A stretch of DNA of 64,000 bases from Nitrospiria bacterium (GTDB lineage Bacteria; Nitrospirota; Nitrospiria; JACQCE01), in contig DATIZH010000040.1 in assembly GCA_035517195.1 (NCBI GenBank), positions 55,310 to 119,309 on the forward strand, written 5' to 3'. Shown here piece after piece: positions 11,885 to 22,028 of the stretch (the first letter of the stretch is position 1; each line of letters opens with the position of its first letter). The notes below the pieces were generated by a model. It was given only the letters and a program-made list of their open reading frames with translations. It was not told the origin of the DNA and did no database searches. The position numbers and the translations under genes were made by a program.

Positions 11885-12931
11885 GTGGAACCGTTGAGAA
11901 TTCTCTTCATGGGTACGCCGGCGTTTGCCGTGCCGAGTCTGGAGGCCCTGGTCCGGAGCGGCGCTGAACTGATCGGCGTCGTGACAGCGCCCGACCGGCC
12001 CAAGGGGCGCGGTCAGGCGATCTCGCAACCGGCGGTCAAGGAGTCGGCGGTTCGCCTCGGCATCCCGATCCGGCAATATGCGCGGGTGAGGGCTCCGGAA
12101 GCGGTCGAGGAGATCCGGGCGTTCCGGCCGGAGCTGATCGTCGTGGTGGCGTTCGGGCAGATTCTGCCTAAGGCGCTGCTGGAGATCCCTCCGAGAGGGT
12201 GTATCAATGTCCACGCGTCGTTGCTGCCCGCCTACCGCGGCGCGGCGCCCATCCAGTGGGCGATCATCCGCGGCGAGGACCGAACCGGCGTCACCACGAT
12301 GCTCATGGACGAGGGGATGGATACGGGGCCGATGTTGATGCAGCAGGCGCTGGAGATCAAGCCGGAAGAGCGGGCGGGGGAGCTGGCCGAACGGCTGTCT
12401 CGGATCGGGGCGGCGCTCCTGATCGACACGGTCGACGCCTGGGCGCGGGGCACGGTGACGCCGACACCGCAAGATGATGCCCAGGCGAGCATTGCGCCGC
12501 TCTTGAAAAAACAGGACGGGCAAATCTTCTGGGAGCGTCCCGCGCGGGAGATCGTCAATCTCGTGCGTGGCACCGATCCCTGGCCGGGGGCCTGGACGAG
12601 TTATGGCGATCAACCCTGGCGGATCTGGCGGGCGTCCGTGACGCCGCGCGGCGAGGGCCAATGGCCGCCGGGAATGATCGCGGGAGCGCGTCAGGGCCAT
12701 GAAGCCGGCTCCGGAGGAATCGACGTGGCGACCGGCCGAGATTGGGTGACAATCCATGAGTTGCAACTGCCCGACCGGCGTCGGATGACGGCGTCGGAAT
12801 TCTTGGCCGGGCACCCGGTCAAAGTGAGGTCGATGCTCGGCGAGGTTCATCCGCTTGCCGCAGAGCGGCAAGCTCAAGCCAGGGGGAGATCCGCTTCCTC
12901 TCCCCCTGACAACCCCCATCGAACCGGATGA
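11885..12931 (+). CDS. fmt: methionyl-tRNA formyltransferase
   Basis: N-terminal formyltransferase fold (RILFMGTPAFAVPSLEAL…HASLLPAYRGAAPIQWAI), follows def. Confidence 0.9.
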   Translation: MEPLRILFMGTPAFAVPSLEALVRSGAELIGVVTAPDRPKGRGQAISQPAVKESAVRLGIPIRQYARVRAPEAVEEIRAFRPELIVVVAFGQILPKALLEIPPRGCINVHASLLPAYRGAAPIQWAIIRGEDRTGVTTMLMDEGMDTGPMLMQQALEIKPEERAGELAERLSRIGAALLIDTVDAWARGTVTPTPQDDAQASIAPLLKKQDGQIFWERPAREIVNLVRGTDPWPGAWTSYGDQPWRIWRASVTPRGEGQWPPGMIAGARQGHEAGSGGIDVATGRDWVTIHELQLPDRRRMTASEFLAGHPVKVRSMLGEVHPLAAERQAQARGRSASSPPDNPHRTG

Positions 12932-14376
12932 TCGCAGAAAGTACGCCGATGCCTATCTCCCGCGAGTCACAATCGGGATCACCGGCCGCGACCCGTGGCA
13001 CGCCCGCTCGCCACGCGGCGGTGACAGCGTTGGTGGCGCTCGACACTGGACGGACGACCGTTCAGCAGGCGATCGACCACGCGGACCGGGAGTTCGCGCG
13101 CGGGTCTCCGTTGTCTGTCGATGACCGCGCGCTTCTCCACGAACTGGTCAACGGCGTCCTGCGCCATCGGCTGTTTCTCGACTGGGCGCTGCAACAGGTG
13201 GCGCGCGAGCAACCCTACACCCGGCAGGCGCTGCTCAGGCAGATCCTCCGCGTGGGCGCCTACCAGCTGCTCTTGCTCAAACGGATCCCGGCTTACGCGG
13301 CGGTCGATCAATCGGTCGAGCTGGCCAAGGCTCGACTGGGGCCGAAGAGCGCGCCGCTGGTCAACGCGTTGCTCCGCAACCTGAGTGCGCGCCGTCACGA
13401 CTGGGCGATGCCGGAACTGCTGCGGCAGCCGGTGGAGCACATCTCGATCAACTATTCCCACCCTCCCTGGCTGGTGAAACGCTGGCTCAAGCGCTACGGC
13501 GTCCAGCGGACCATCGCGTTGTGCCGGGCGAACAACGAGCCGGCGCCGCTGACCATCAGAGTGAACCGCCTCAAGCTTGACGCGCAGGAGTTCCAACGGG
13601 TGTTGCAGGAGAAGGGAATCGAAGCGACCCTCTGCGCCTACGCGCCGGCCGGACTTTACGTGGAGCACGAAGGACCGGTGACGGCATTGCCCGGCTATGG
13701 ATCGGGCTGGTTCTACGTGCAGGATGAAGCCTCGCAACTGGTGCCGTTGCTGCTGGCGCCCAAACCGGGCGATACCGCGTTGGACGCCTGCGCGGCGCCG
13801 GGTGGAAAGGCGACCGAGATCGCCGAACTGATGGAAGACCGTGGGACGGTGACGGCGGTGGATCGCAGCCCGGAACGGCTGGCGGTGGTGGAAGAGAACT
13901 GCCGCCGACTGGGGGTGACGATCGTTCGAACCGTGGCGGCCGATGCCACCCGTCGACTGCCGATGATCGGGCCGGATGGTGAGCCAGAACGCTATGACCG
14001 GATCTTGGTGGATGCCCCCTGCTCAGGACTGGGCGTCCTGCGCCGCCACCCCGAAGGGAAATGGATCAAGACCGCCCGATCAATTCATGACTCGGCGCGG
14101 ACGGCGTCGGCGATACTGTCGAATGTGATTCCATTGTTGAGGCCGGGAGGGGTGTTGGTCTACAGCACCTGCTCCACCGAGCCGGAAGAGAACGAGGAGG
14201 TGGTGGCCGCGTTTTTGGAGCGTCACCGGAACGTCCGGTTGGAGCATCCCGGACCGTTGCTGCCCGCTGCCGCGGCGACGCTGCTCACGCGGGAAGGTTA
14301 TCTCTCCACCGTGTTGAAAGGAGGCCGGATGGACGGCTTTTTTGCCGCCAGGATGATCAAGGAGCGGGGGCCGTGA
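12928..14376 (+). CDS. rsmB: 16S rRNA (cytosine967-C5)-methyltransferase RsmB/Sun
   Basis: NusB-like N-domain plus SAM MTase motifs (DACAAPGGKAT, DAPCSGLGV, PGGVLVYSTCS), def-fmt-rsmB synteny. Confidence 0.85.
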   Translation: MIAESTPMPISRESQSGSPAATRGTPARHAAVTALVALDTGRTTVQQAIDHADREFARGSPLSVDDRALLHELVNGVLRHRLFLDWALQQVAREQPYTRQALLRQILRVGAYQLLLLKRIPAYAAVDQSVELAKARLGPKSAPLVNALLRNLSARRHDWAMPELLRQPVEHISINYSHPPWLVKRWLKRYGVQRTIALCRANNEPAPLTIRVNRLKLDAQEFQRVLQEKGIEATLCAYAPAGLYVEHEGPVTALPGYGSGWFYVQDEASQLVPLLLAPKPGDTALDACAAPGGKATEIAELMEDRGTVTAVDRSPERLAVVEENCRRLGVTIVRTVAADATRRLPMIGPDGEPERYDRILVDAPCSGLGVLRRHPEGKWIKTARSIHDSARTASAILSNVIPLLRPGGVLVYSTCSTEPEENEEVVAAFLERHRNVRLEHPGPLLPAAAATLLTREGYLSTVLKGGRMDGFFAARMIKERGP

Positions 14377-15086
14377 GCCCCGCGTCGTCGAATCCTGTGG
14401 CCTCGCGGGGGGCGCGCCCGGCGCGGATCGCTCCGTCGATCCTGTCGGCTGATTTTGCCCGGTTGGCCGACGAGATCCAGGCGGTGGAGGCGGCCGGCGC
14501 CGATCTGATTCACATCGACGTCATGGACGGCCGGTTCGTGCCGAACCTGACCATCGGGCCGGTGGTCGTCGAGGCGGTCCGCAAGGTCACGCGGCTGCCG
14601 CTCGACGTGCACCTGATGATCGTCGAGCCTGAGCGGCTGATCCCGGATTTCGCGGACGCCGGCAGCCATTATTTGACCGTCCATGTGGAGACCTGTCCGC
14701 ACCTGCACCGGACTGTCCAGATGATCAAGGAACGCGGAGTCAAGGCGGGCGTGACGCTCAATCCCGCCACATCGTTGAGTCTGATCGAACCGATTCTGCC
14801 CGACGCCGATTTGCTGTTGATCATGTCGGTCAATCCGGGATTCGGCGGGCAGCGGTTCATCCCCCAGGCGCTGGAGAAGCTCCGGCAGGCGCGTGCCATG
14901 ATTGACGCGCGGGGACTGCCGGTCGAGCTGGAGATCGACGGCGGCGTCAAGGTGGACAATATGAAGGCGCTGGCCGAGGCAGGGGCGACGATTTTTGTGG
15001 CCGGCTCGGCGATTTTCGGCAGCAACGATTACAAGGAGACCATCCGCCGGATGCGCCAGTCCGCCGAAGGCGGAGCGGGTCGGTAG
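14373..15086 (+). CDS. rpe: ribulose-phosphate 3-epimerase
   Basis: IAPSILSADFARL…HIDVMDGRFVPNLTIGP…MSVNPGFGGQ motifs. Confidence 0.9.
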   Translation: MSPASSNPVASRGARPARIAPSILSADFARLADEIQAVEAAGADLIHIDVMDGRFVPNLTIGPVVVEAVRKVTRLPLDVHLMIVEPERLIPDFADAGSHYLTVHVETCPHLHRTVQMIKERGVKAGVTLNPATSLSLIEPILPDADLLLIMSVNPGFGGQRFIPQALEKLRQARAMIDARGLPVELEIDGGVKVDNMKALAEAGATIFVAGSAIFGSNDYKETIRRMRQSAEGGAGR

Positions 15087-15098
15087 CCGATTTCTTCC

Positions 15099-16700
15099 GT
15101 GTCTCAATCGATCGAACAACTGCTGGCCGGCCTGCATCCGCTCGAGCGCGAGGTGCTGGATGTATTTCGTGGCTCAGTCAGTCTTGAGGAGCAGTTGTCA
15201 GTTCCCGATAAAGGAATAGCTGCGCAGACGGGTTTGGACGAGTCACGTCTTTCAATGGCCCTGGGGTGGTTGCTGGCGAAAGAGATTCTCGTTGTTGAAC
15301 ATGAACAAACAGCCCGATTTGTTTCGTTGACCGATTTGGGACGGGCGTACGCCACTCACAACTATCCGGAGGGGAGGATCCTTCAGGAGCTTCGTGGCGG
15401 CAGGCCATTGCTGATCCAGGAGGTGAGGACTCGGCTGGGGCTTGAGCAACTCGAGGTCAGCACGGCGATCGGCAATCTCAAGCAGCACGGCGTCATCAGA
15501 ATCGGACATGGGGGCGCCATTGAGGCGATCGGAGAGTCATGGCCTTACGAGTCTATTTATAAAGGATTGCTTCAAGAATTAAGCGGCGCGACGCAGCCTG
15601 TTGCCTATGCGATGCTGGAGCCGGAGCGGCAACTGTTTCTGGAACAGCATCTGGAAAAAGACTGGAAGACGCGCGGGGTGATCAAATGGTCCGAGAAAAC
15701 GACAAAGGTATTTACTCTGGCGCCGCTGGGGCGCGTTCTTCTTGAACGCCTGCCCGCCGAAACGTTTGCCGGAGAGGTCTCCCAACTCACGCCGGAGATG
15801 CTCAAGGACGGGTCATGGAGAGGGAAGCGATTCCGAAAGTTTCATATCGACTTGAAGCCGCCCCGAATCGCGGCCGGCCGCGTCCACCCCTATCGGCAGT
15901 TTCTGGATGATGTACAGGCGAAGCTTGTCTCCATGGGGTTTCAGGAGATGCGGGGGCCGCTGGTTGAAAGCGAATTCTGGAATATGGATGCCCTGTTCAT
16001 GCCCCAGTTCCATCCCGCCCGCGATATTCATGATGTCTACTTTGCCAAGGGATTATCACCTGCGGATGACATCGATCCGGCGCTGCTAGAGCGGGTGGCG
16101 GCGACGCACGAGCGTGGAGGAACGAGTGGATCGACCGGCTGGCGCTACACCTTCGACCGGTCCCGCGCCCGCCAGCCCATTCTGCGCAGCCAGGGCACGG
16201 CGGTTTCGGCGCGGACGCTGGCGAACCGCCCCTCCGTGCCGGGCAAGTACTTTTCCGTCACCCGCTGCTTCCGGTACGACCAGGTCGACGCCACCCACGC
16301 ACCGGATTTTTTCCAGATCGAGGGCATCGTCCTCGATTCGACGATCACCTTCCGAACGCTGCTCGGGCTGCTCAAGCTGTTCGCCGTCGAATTGGCCCGC
16401 GCCGACCGGATCAAGTTTTTGCCCGCCTATTTTCCCTTCACCGAGCCATCGGTCGAGTTGCACGTCCGTCATCCTAAGCTGGGGTGGATGGAGCTGGGCG
16501 GCGCCGGTCTCTTCCGGCCCGAAGTGACGACCCCGATGGGCGTGACGGTCCCGGTAATCGCGTGGGGATTGGGGTTGGACCGGATGGCGATGGTGGCGAT
16601 GGGATTGCACGACATTCGCGACCTCTTCTCGACTGATTTGGATTTCCTGCGGACGCTTCGCCCGCCGGGATCTTCGGCGGAGACGGGCCGGGGCGCGTAG
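15099..16700 (+). CDS. pheS: phenylalanine--tRNA ligase alpha subunit, long archaeal/eukaryal-type
   Basis: 533 aa with N-terminal winged-helix extension and class II core (FRYDQVDATHAPDFFQIEGIV, motif 3 GLGLDRMAM). Confidence 0.85.
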   Translation: MSQSIEQLLAGLHPLEREVLDVFRGSVSLEEQLSVPDKGIAAQTGLDESRLSMALGWLLAKEILVVEHEQTARFVSLTDLGRAYATHNYPEGRILQELRGGRPLLIQEVRTRLGLEQLEVSTAIGNLKQHGVIRIGHGGAIEAIGESWPYESIYKGLLQELSGATQPVAYAMLEPERQLFLEQHLEKDWKTRGVIKWSEKTTKVFTLAPLGRVLLERLPAETFAGEVSQLTPEMLKDGSWRGKRFRKFHIDLKPPRIAAGRVHPYRQFLDDVQAKLVSMGFQEMRGPLVESEFWNMDALFMPQFHPARDIHDVYFAKGLSPADDIDPALLERVAATHERGGTSGSTGWRYTFDRSRARQPILRSQGTAVSARTLANRPSVPGKYFSVTRCFRYDQVDATHAPDFFQIEGIVLDSTITFRTLLGLLKLFAVELARADRIKFLPAYFPFTEPSVELHVRHPKLGWMELGGAGLFRPEVTTPMGVTVPVIAWGLGLDRMAMVAMGLHDIRDLFSTDLDFLRTLRPPGSSAETGRGA

Positions 16701-16703
16701 CCG

Positions 16704-18428
16704 ATGCCGACGATCACGATTCGACGACGTGAACTCGGCCGGCTGGTAGGCCGGCCGATGACAATCGATGCACTGGATGCCTTGCTGCCGCTGGTCAAGG
16801 GGGAGATCAAAGAGGTCGCTGCCGATGACGACGAGCTCAAGATCGAGCTGAACGACAGCAACCGACCCGACTGGTGGTGCGTGGAGGGCATCGCCAGACA
16901 GATCCGGCTGCATGATGGCAAGCCCGTCCGCCCGTTGACGCATCGCGCGGGCGCGCACCGCGGTCCACAGATCAAGGTGGAGGCCCCGGTCGTGCCGATT
17001 CGCCCGTATGTGGGCGCCTGCATTGCGCGGGCCCTCACGATCGATGCGCCGGTGCTGGATCAGCTGATCCAAACGCAGGAGAAACTGGCGGAGATTTTCG
17101 GCCAGAAACGCCGCGCATTGTCCATCGGGTATTACCGGCTCGATCCGCTGGTGTTTCCATTGACCTACACGGCGGTCAAACCGACGGCGGCGGCCCTCAC
17201 GCCGCTGGGAATGGAGCAGCCGCTGACGCTCGAAGCGATCATTGAGGAGCACCCGAAAGGCCGCGAATACGGCCATCTGCTGAAGGGCGCGCCGCTGGTG
17301 CCGTATCTGGCCGACGCCCAGGGACGGCCGCTCTCGCTGCCGCCGATTGTCAACAGCCGGGAGATGGGCGAGGTGCGCGCCGGCGATCGGAATCTCCTGA
17401 TCGAGGTGACGGGGACCGATCTGCGGCTGGTCGTGCTTTTGATCAATCTCCTGGCCCAGAATGCGGCCGATCGCGGTGCGACGATCGAGCCGGTTGAAAT
17501 CATCTATCCCAGGACCACACTATACGGACGGCGGGTGATGATGCCGCGCGACATCTCCGAGTCCATGACGGTGCGGCGAGCCGAAGTGGACTCGGTGTTG
17601 GGGGAACGGCTTTCCGACGGGGACATCACCCGAGCGCTCCGACACGCCGGCCATCGTGTGAAGGCCGCGCCGGGCCGCTGGACGGCGACGCCGCCGCCCT
17701 ATCGGGGCGACGTGATGCATCCGGTTGATCTGATCGAGGATATTGCGATGCAGCTGGGTTACGACCGGCTGGCCCCGGAACTGCCATCAACCTTCACCGT
17801 GGGCGGGGTGTCGCCCGAATCGAAACTCGAAGAACGGATCCGCCGCTGGATGATCGGGATGGGTTTTCAGGAGGTGATGACCAACATTCTTTCTTCACGA
17901 AGCGACCTTGCGGAAAAGATGGGGGTCGAGGTGCCGATGGTGGAGCTTGAAAACGCCCTTTCGCTGCAGCACGCCGCCCTGCGGCCGTGGCTGCTGCCCT
18001 CGCTGTTGCGGGTCGAGGCGGCGTCGGGCCACGCGTTCTACCCGCACAGGATTTTTGAAGTCGGGGAGGCGGCGATCGTCGAGGAGCCGGACGGCGCGCG
18101 CCGAAGCCGGACGGTGTTGCGTCTCGCGGCATTGCTCGCCTCGCCGACGGCGGCCTTTTCAGAGCTCCATTCGTCGCTGGAGCTGTTCATGCTGGAAGCG
18201 GGCGTTGTCTATCGTCTCGAACCCACGGTCCATTCCTCGTTTCAGGACGGACGCGTCGGCGTGGTGGGGATTGAGGGGAAGCCTGCGGGATGGATTGGCG
18301 AACTCCACCCCGCCGTGTTGGATCGGTGGAAGATCGCGATGCCCTGTGTCGCCTGGGAGTTGGATCTTACCCGGCTGCGGCCAGCGCCGTCCGTCCGCCG
18401 GCCGGAAGCGCCGCCTTCGCCCGGCTGA
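16704..18428 (+). CDS. pheT: phenylalanine--tRNA ligase beta subunit, short archaeal/eukaryal-type
   Basis: 574 aa (bacterial type is ~800), B3/B4 and B5-like regions, immediately downstream of pheS. Confidence 0.8.
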   Translation: MPTITIRRRELGRLVGRPMTIDALDALLPLVKGEIKEVAADDDELKIELNDSNRPDWWCVEGIARQIRLHDGKPVRPLTHRAGAHRGPQIKVEAPVVPIRPYVGACIARALTIDAPVLDQLIQTQEKLAEIFGQKRRALSIGYYRLDPLVFPLTYTAVKPTAAALTPLGMEQPLTLEAIIEEHPKGREYGHLLKGAPLVPYLADAQGRPLSLPPIVNSREMGEVRAGDRNLLIEVTGTDLRLVVLLINLLAQNAADRGATIEPVEIIYPRTTLYGRRVMMPRDISESMTVRRAEVDSVLGERLSDGDITRALRHAGHRVKAAPGRWTATPPPYRGDVMHPVDLIEDIAMQLGYDRLAPELPSTFTVGGVSPESKLEERIRRWMIGMGFQEVMTNILSSRSDLAEKMGVEVPMVELENALSLQHAALRPWLLPSLLRVEAASGHAFYPHRIFEVGEAAIVEEPDGARRSRTVLRLAALLASPTAAFSELHSSLELFMLEAGVVYRLEPTVHSSFQDGRVGVVGIEGKPAGWIGELHPAVLDRWKIAMPCVAWELDLTRLRPAPSVRRPEAPPSPG

Positions 18429-18756
18429 CGATCGCAGAAAAGGCGGGCGCGTCATCGGCGGCCAGCTGCGCCAGACTCTTGCGATCGAGCCCGATGCCCG
18501 CCGCCTTCAATCCGGCGATAAATCGGCTGTAGGAAAGCCCTTCCAGCGCCAGGGCGGCGTTGATTCTGGCGATCCAGAGGCTGCGGAATGTCCGCTTTCG
18601 GGCCCGACGGTCGCGATAGGCATATTGGCGCCCTTTGTCGACCTGCTCGGTGGCCGTGCGGAAGAGCTTACTTTTCGCCCCGTAATACCCTTTCGCCAGC
18701 TTGAGTCGTTTCCGTCTTCGCTCGCGGGTTTTCGGCCCGCCTTTTGCTCGCGGCAT
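18367..18756 (-). CDS. rplT: 50S ribosomal protein L20
   Basis: [33 protein letters not shown]…[24 protein letters not shown]: canonical L20. Confidence 0.9.
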   Translation of the reverse strand: MPRAKGGPKTRERRRKRLKLAKGYYGAKSKLFRTATEQVDKGRQYAYRDRRARKRTFRSLWIARINAALALEGLSYSRFIAGLKAAGIGLDRKSLAQLAADDAPAFSAIVSRAKAALPAGGRTALAAAG

Positions 18757-18799
18757 GGTCTACCTCAATTGCAAACCTGAATTTGTCGAGGGCACACTA

Positions 18800-18880
18800 T
18801 AATAAATGGCAGGGTCACGGGTCAAGGGTCTAGAAACCCATATGAGGGTTTTCTTTCCCCTTGCTACTTGCCCCTTGACT
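18800..18880. repeat. GGGTCAAGGG / CCCTTGAC inverted-repeat motif cluster in rpmI-rplT intergenic region
   Basis: cagggtcacgggtcaagggtc … ccccttgctacttgccccttgactc in an otherwise AT-rich 129-nt spacer. Confidence 0.45.
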
Positions 18881-18885
18881 CTTAT

Positions 18886-19095
18886 TTATCTGACCCCGTA
18901 CGGCAGCAGCCGCCGGATCGCCGGTTGATCGGCCGCTGAAATCGGCTCGTTGCCCCGGAGTGAGCGCTTGCGATTGCGTCGCTTATCCGTCATGAGATGG
19001 CGGCGGCCGGTTGGCGTGCTGACCACCTTTCCTGTGCCGGAGATCCGGAACCGTTTCGCCGCGCCGCGATGTGTCTTCAATTTTGTGCGTGCCAT
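18886..19095 (-). CDS. rpmI: 50S ribosomal protein L35
   Basis: MARTKLKTHRGAAKRFRISGTGKV… basic 69-aa protein in infC-rpmI-rplT synteny. Confidence 0.85.
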   Translation of the reverse strand: MARTKLKTHRGAAKRFRISGTGKVVSTPTGRRHLMTDKRRNRKRSLRGNEPISAADQPAIRRLLPYGVR

Positions 19096-19104
19096 ACTGT
19101 TTCC

Positions 19105-19749
19105 TTATGTGGTGTCGCTCGCCGGACCCGTCGTGGGCGCGGCGGCCGCGGTGGCCTCGGTCGACGATGGTGCACTTGTGGCCGAGCCTGAGGCAGCCGC
19201 TTTTTTGGGTTTTGCCGCCGTTTTGCGCTTGCCCGTGGCCTGCGCCTTTGGCGACACGATAATCATCATGTTCCGTCCTTCCGTGCGTGCCGGATGGTCT
19301 GGGGTGCAGACATCAGCCAACGCAATTTTCAGCCGATCAAGAAGCGCGTGGCCGGCCTCCTGATGCGCTAGTTCACGCCCGCGAAACATCACCGTCAGCT
19401 TCACCTTGTAGCCCGCGGACAGAAAATCGATCGCGTGGCGGAGCTTGTAGTCCACATCATGCTGGCTCGTGAAGGGACGGAATTTGACCTCCTTGAGCTG
19501 GGTGCCGCGCTGATGCAGCTTGGCCGCGTGCTGCTTTTTGGTCTGCTCGTACTTGTACTTGCCGTAGTCCATGATACGGCAGACCGGCGGCGCGGCCGTG
19601 GGGGCGACTTCGACCAGATCCAGCCCCTCCGACTCAGCCAGCCGCAACGCCTCGGGCACCAACAAGATGCCCAATTGCTCGTTTTTTGAGCTGATCACGC
19701 GGATTTTATCGGTCTTGATCTCCCGGTTGACTCGTGGTTTTGTGGCGAT
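19105..19749 (-). CDS. infC: translation initiation factor IF-3 with Lys/Ala-rich C-terminal tail; probable non-AUG (AUC/AUU-class) start
   Basis: IF-3 N- and C-domains (GILLVPEALRLAESEGLDLVEV…KFRPFTSQHDVDYKLR…); in-frame upstream extension IATKPRVNREIKTDKIRVISS lacks ATG/GTG, as usual for infC. Confidence 0.75.
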   Translation of the reverse strand: MATKPRVNREIKTDKIRVISSKNEQLGILLVPEALRLAESEGLDLVEVAPTAAPPVCRIMDYGKYKYEQTKKQHAAKLHQRGTQLKEVKFRPFTSQHDVDYKLRHAIDFLSAGYKVKLTVMFRGRELAHQEAGHALLDRLKIALADVCTPDHPARTEGRNMMIIVSPKAQATGKRKTAAKPKKAAASGSATSAPSSTEATAAAAPTTGPASDTT

Positions 19750-19778
19750 ACGCAGCTCCTTTCGTGTGGGGGATGGGG

Positions 19779-21770
19779 TCAGGTCGAGGCCGGAGCGCGC
19801 TGCTCAATCTCACGCGTGAGACGCTCGAGCAGCGCGTCGATCGACAGGGCGGCAATCTGCTCGCCGTTGCGCATCCGGAGCGACACAGTCTGCTGCTCCT
19901 GCTCCCGGCCGCCGACCACAATCATGTACGGAATTTTCTGCACCTGCGCCTCGCGGATTTTCAGCCCCATTTTTTCATTGCGGCGGTCGACGTCGACCCG
20001 GACGCGGCCGGCGCGCAGCCGGCCGGCGACCGATTCGGCGTAGGCGATGTGCACTTCGCTGACAGGGATCACCACGGCCTGCACGGGGGCGAGCCACGTC
20101 GGGAAGGCGCCGCCGTAGTGCTCGATCAGGATGCCGAAAAACCGCTCCAATGAACCCATGAGTGCGCGGTGGATCATGATCGGCGCATGCTCGCGACTGT
20201 CCTCGCCTCGATAGGCAAGTCCGAACCGTTCGGGCAGGTTGAAATCGACTTGAACCGTGGCGCATTGCCAGGCCCTGCCGAATTGGTCCTTGACCTTGAT
20301 ATCGATTTTGGGCCCGTAGAAGACGCCTTCTCCGGGGTCGATTTGATAGGCCAGTTTCCGACGGGTCAGCGCGGTCGACAGCGCGGCGGTGGCCGCTTCC
20401 CAGTGCTCCAGCGTACCCACGTAATGCGCCGGCCGGGTGGAAAGATAGATGTCGTACTCGTGAAAGCCGAACGCGCCGAGCAGAGTGGTCGTTAATTCAA
20501 GCACGCGGCTGATCTCCTCCTCCACCTGATCGGGACGGCAGAAGATGTGGGCGTCGTCCTGCGTGAAGCCGCGCACCCGAAGCAATCCGTGCAGCACGCC
20601 GGACCGCTCAAACCGATAGACCGTTCCCAGTTCGGTATAGCGGACCGGCAGATCCCGGTAACTGCGCAAGTGTGACTGGTAGATGAGGAGGTGGAACGGG
20701 CAGTTCATCGGCTTCAATTCATATTCGGTGCCTTCGACCTCCATCGGTGGGAACATATTCTCACGGTAAAATTCCACGTGGCCGCTGGTTCTCCAGAGAT
20801 CCAGGCGGGCGACATGCGGGGTGTAGACGAACTGATAGCCGTGCTCCTCGTGGAGACTCCTCCAGAAGGCTTCGATCTGTTGCCGGATGGCCGCCCCTTT
20901 CGGATGCCAGAGGATCAGGCCCGGTCCAATCGTCTCCTGAATGCTGAACAGGTCGAGCTCGCGGCCGACCTTGCGGTGGTCGCGCTGCTTGAGCTGTTCC
21001 AGGCGATCCAGGTGCGCCTGCAGGGCCTCGGGTGTGGGAAAAGAGGTGCCGTAGATACGCTGCAGCATCCGGTTCTTTTCATCGCCCCTCCAATATGCGC
21101 CGGCGACCGACAACAGCTTCACCGCCCCCATCCTGCCCGTGCTCGGCAAGTGCGGCCCTTCACACAGATCGATGAAGTCCCCCTGTTCATAATAGCTCAC
21201 CGTCGGCACGTGAAAGTCCCGGATCAGCTCCACCTTGTACGGCTCCTGGCGCTCGGCAAACAGTTTCTCTGCTTCGGCGCTCGCAATCTCATGCCGTGTG
21301 ATGGGCAGATCGGCATTGATCACCTCGGCCATCGCCGTCTCCAGCTTGGCGAGATCGTCCGGCGTGAACGGTCGCTCATGTTCGATGTCGTAGTAAAACC
21401 CCTCCTCGATCGGCGGACCGATGGCGAGTTTGGCCCCCGGAAAGAGCCGTTTGACGGCCTGGGCCAGCAAATGGGCTGAACTGTGTCGATAGACCTCCTT
21501 GCCCTCCGGGGAGGCGAAAGTCAGCCACTCCACCGTGGCGTCGTGCAGCAACGGCGTGTGCAGGTCCATCGGTTTGCCGTCGACCTTCATGGCAAATGGG
21601 GCGGAATGGGGCGCCGTTGGCGCAACCTGTCCCTGGACACGGGACAGCAGTTCGTCTCCCGTGATGCCGCGTGGGCAGGTCAGGGTGTGTTGTGGCATTC
21701 CGGGGGGGCTGAGCGTGACACTGATCTGGTCCTGCGCATGCTGAGATGAGCGCTGGCGGGTGGATGACAT
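19779..21770 (-). CDS. thrS: threonine--tRNA ligase
   Basis: TGS domain, class II core and anticodon-binding domain; ATG at 21770 (MSSTRQ…) chosen over longer ORF start. Confidence 0.9.
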   Translation of the reverse strand: MSSTRQRSSQHAQDQISVTLSPPGMPQHTLTCPRGITGDELLSRVQGQVAPTAPHSAPFAMKVDGKPMDLHTPLLHDATVEWLTFASPEGKEVYRHSSAHLLAQAVKRLFPGAKLAIGPPIEEGFYYDIEHERPFTPDDLAKLETAMAEVINADLPITRHEIASAEAEKLFAERQEPYKVELIRDFHVPTVSYYEQGDFIDLCEGPHLPSTGRMGAVKLLSVAGAYWRGDEKNRMLQRIYGTSFPTPEALQAHLDRLEQLKQRDHRKVGRELDLFSIQETIGPGLILWHPKGAAIRQQIEAFWRSLHEEHGYQFVYTPHVARLDLWRTSGHVEFYRENMFPPMEVEGTEYELKPMNCPFHLLIYQSHLRSYRDLPVRYTELGTVYRFERSGVLHGLLRVRGFTQDDAHIFCRPDQVEEEISRVLELTTTLLGAFGFHEYDIYLSTRPAHYVGTLEHWEAATAALSTALTRRKLAYQIDPGEGVFYGPKIDIKVKDQFGRAWQCATVQVDFNLPERFGLAYRGEDSREHAPIMIHRALMGSLERFFGILIEHYGGAFPTWLAPVQAVVIPVSEVHIAYAESVAGRLRAGRVRVDVDRRNEKMGLKIREAQVQKIPYMIVVGGREQEQQTVSLRMRNGEQIAALSIDALLERLTREIEQRAPAST

Positions 21771-21942
21771 GATGAACGATCGCACACTGGGTCGAGCACG
21801 AAGGGACGCGGGTGACCGGACATGATCGGACCGTCGGCATGGGATGATTCCGTCGGCCTCCCCCAAAGCGCCCGAACGGTCTATGCGCTGATTCTTCCTC
21901 CCTCTGGTGCGGGTACTGGCGGACAGACCCGTGAATGAAACT

Positions 21943-22018
21943 TGGTAGGCACGGGCGGTCTCGAACCGCCGACCTCTACCGTGTCAAGGTAGCGCTCTAC
22001 CCCTGAGCTACGCGCCTA
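21943..22018 (-). tRNA. tRNA-Val (anticodon GAC), CCA encoded
   Basis: Reverse complement AGGCGCGTAGCTCAGGGGTAGAGCGCTACCTTGACACGGTAGAGGTCGGCGGTTCGAGACCGCCCGTGCCTACCA folds as cloverleaf. Confidence 0.85.
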
Positions 22019-22028
22019 ATCGTCGAAA

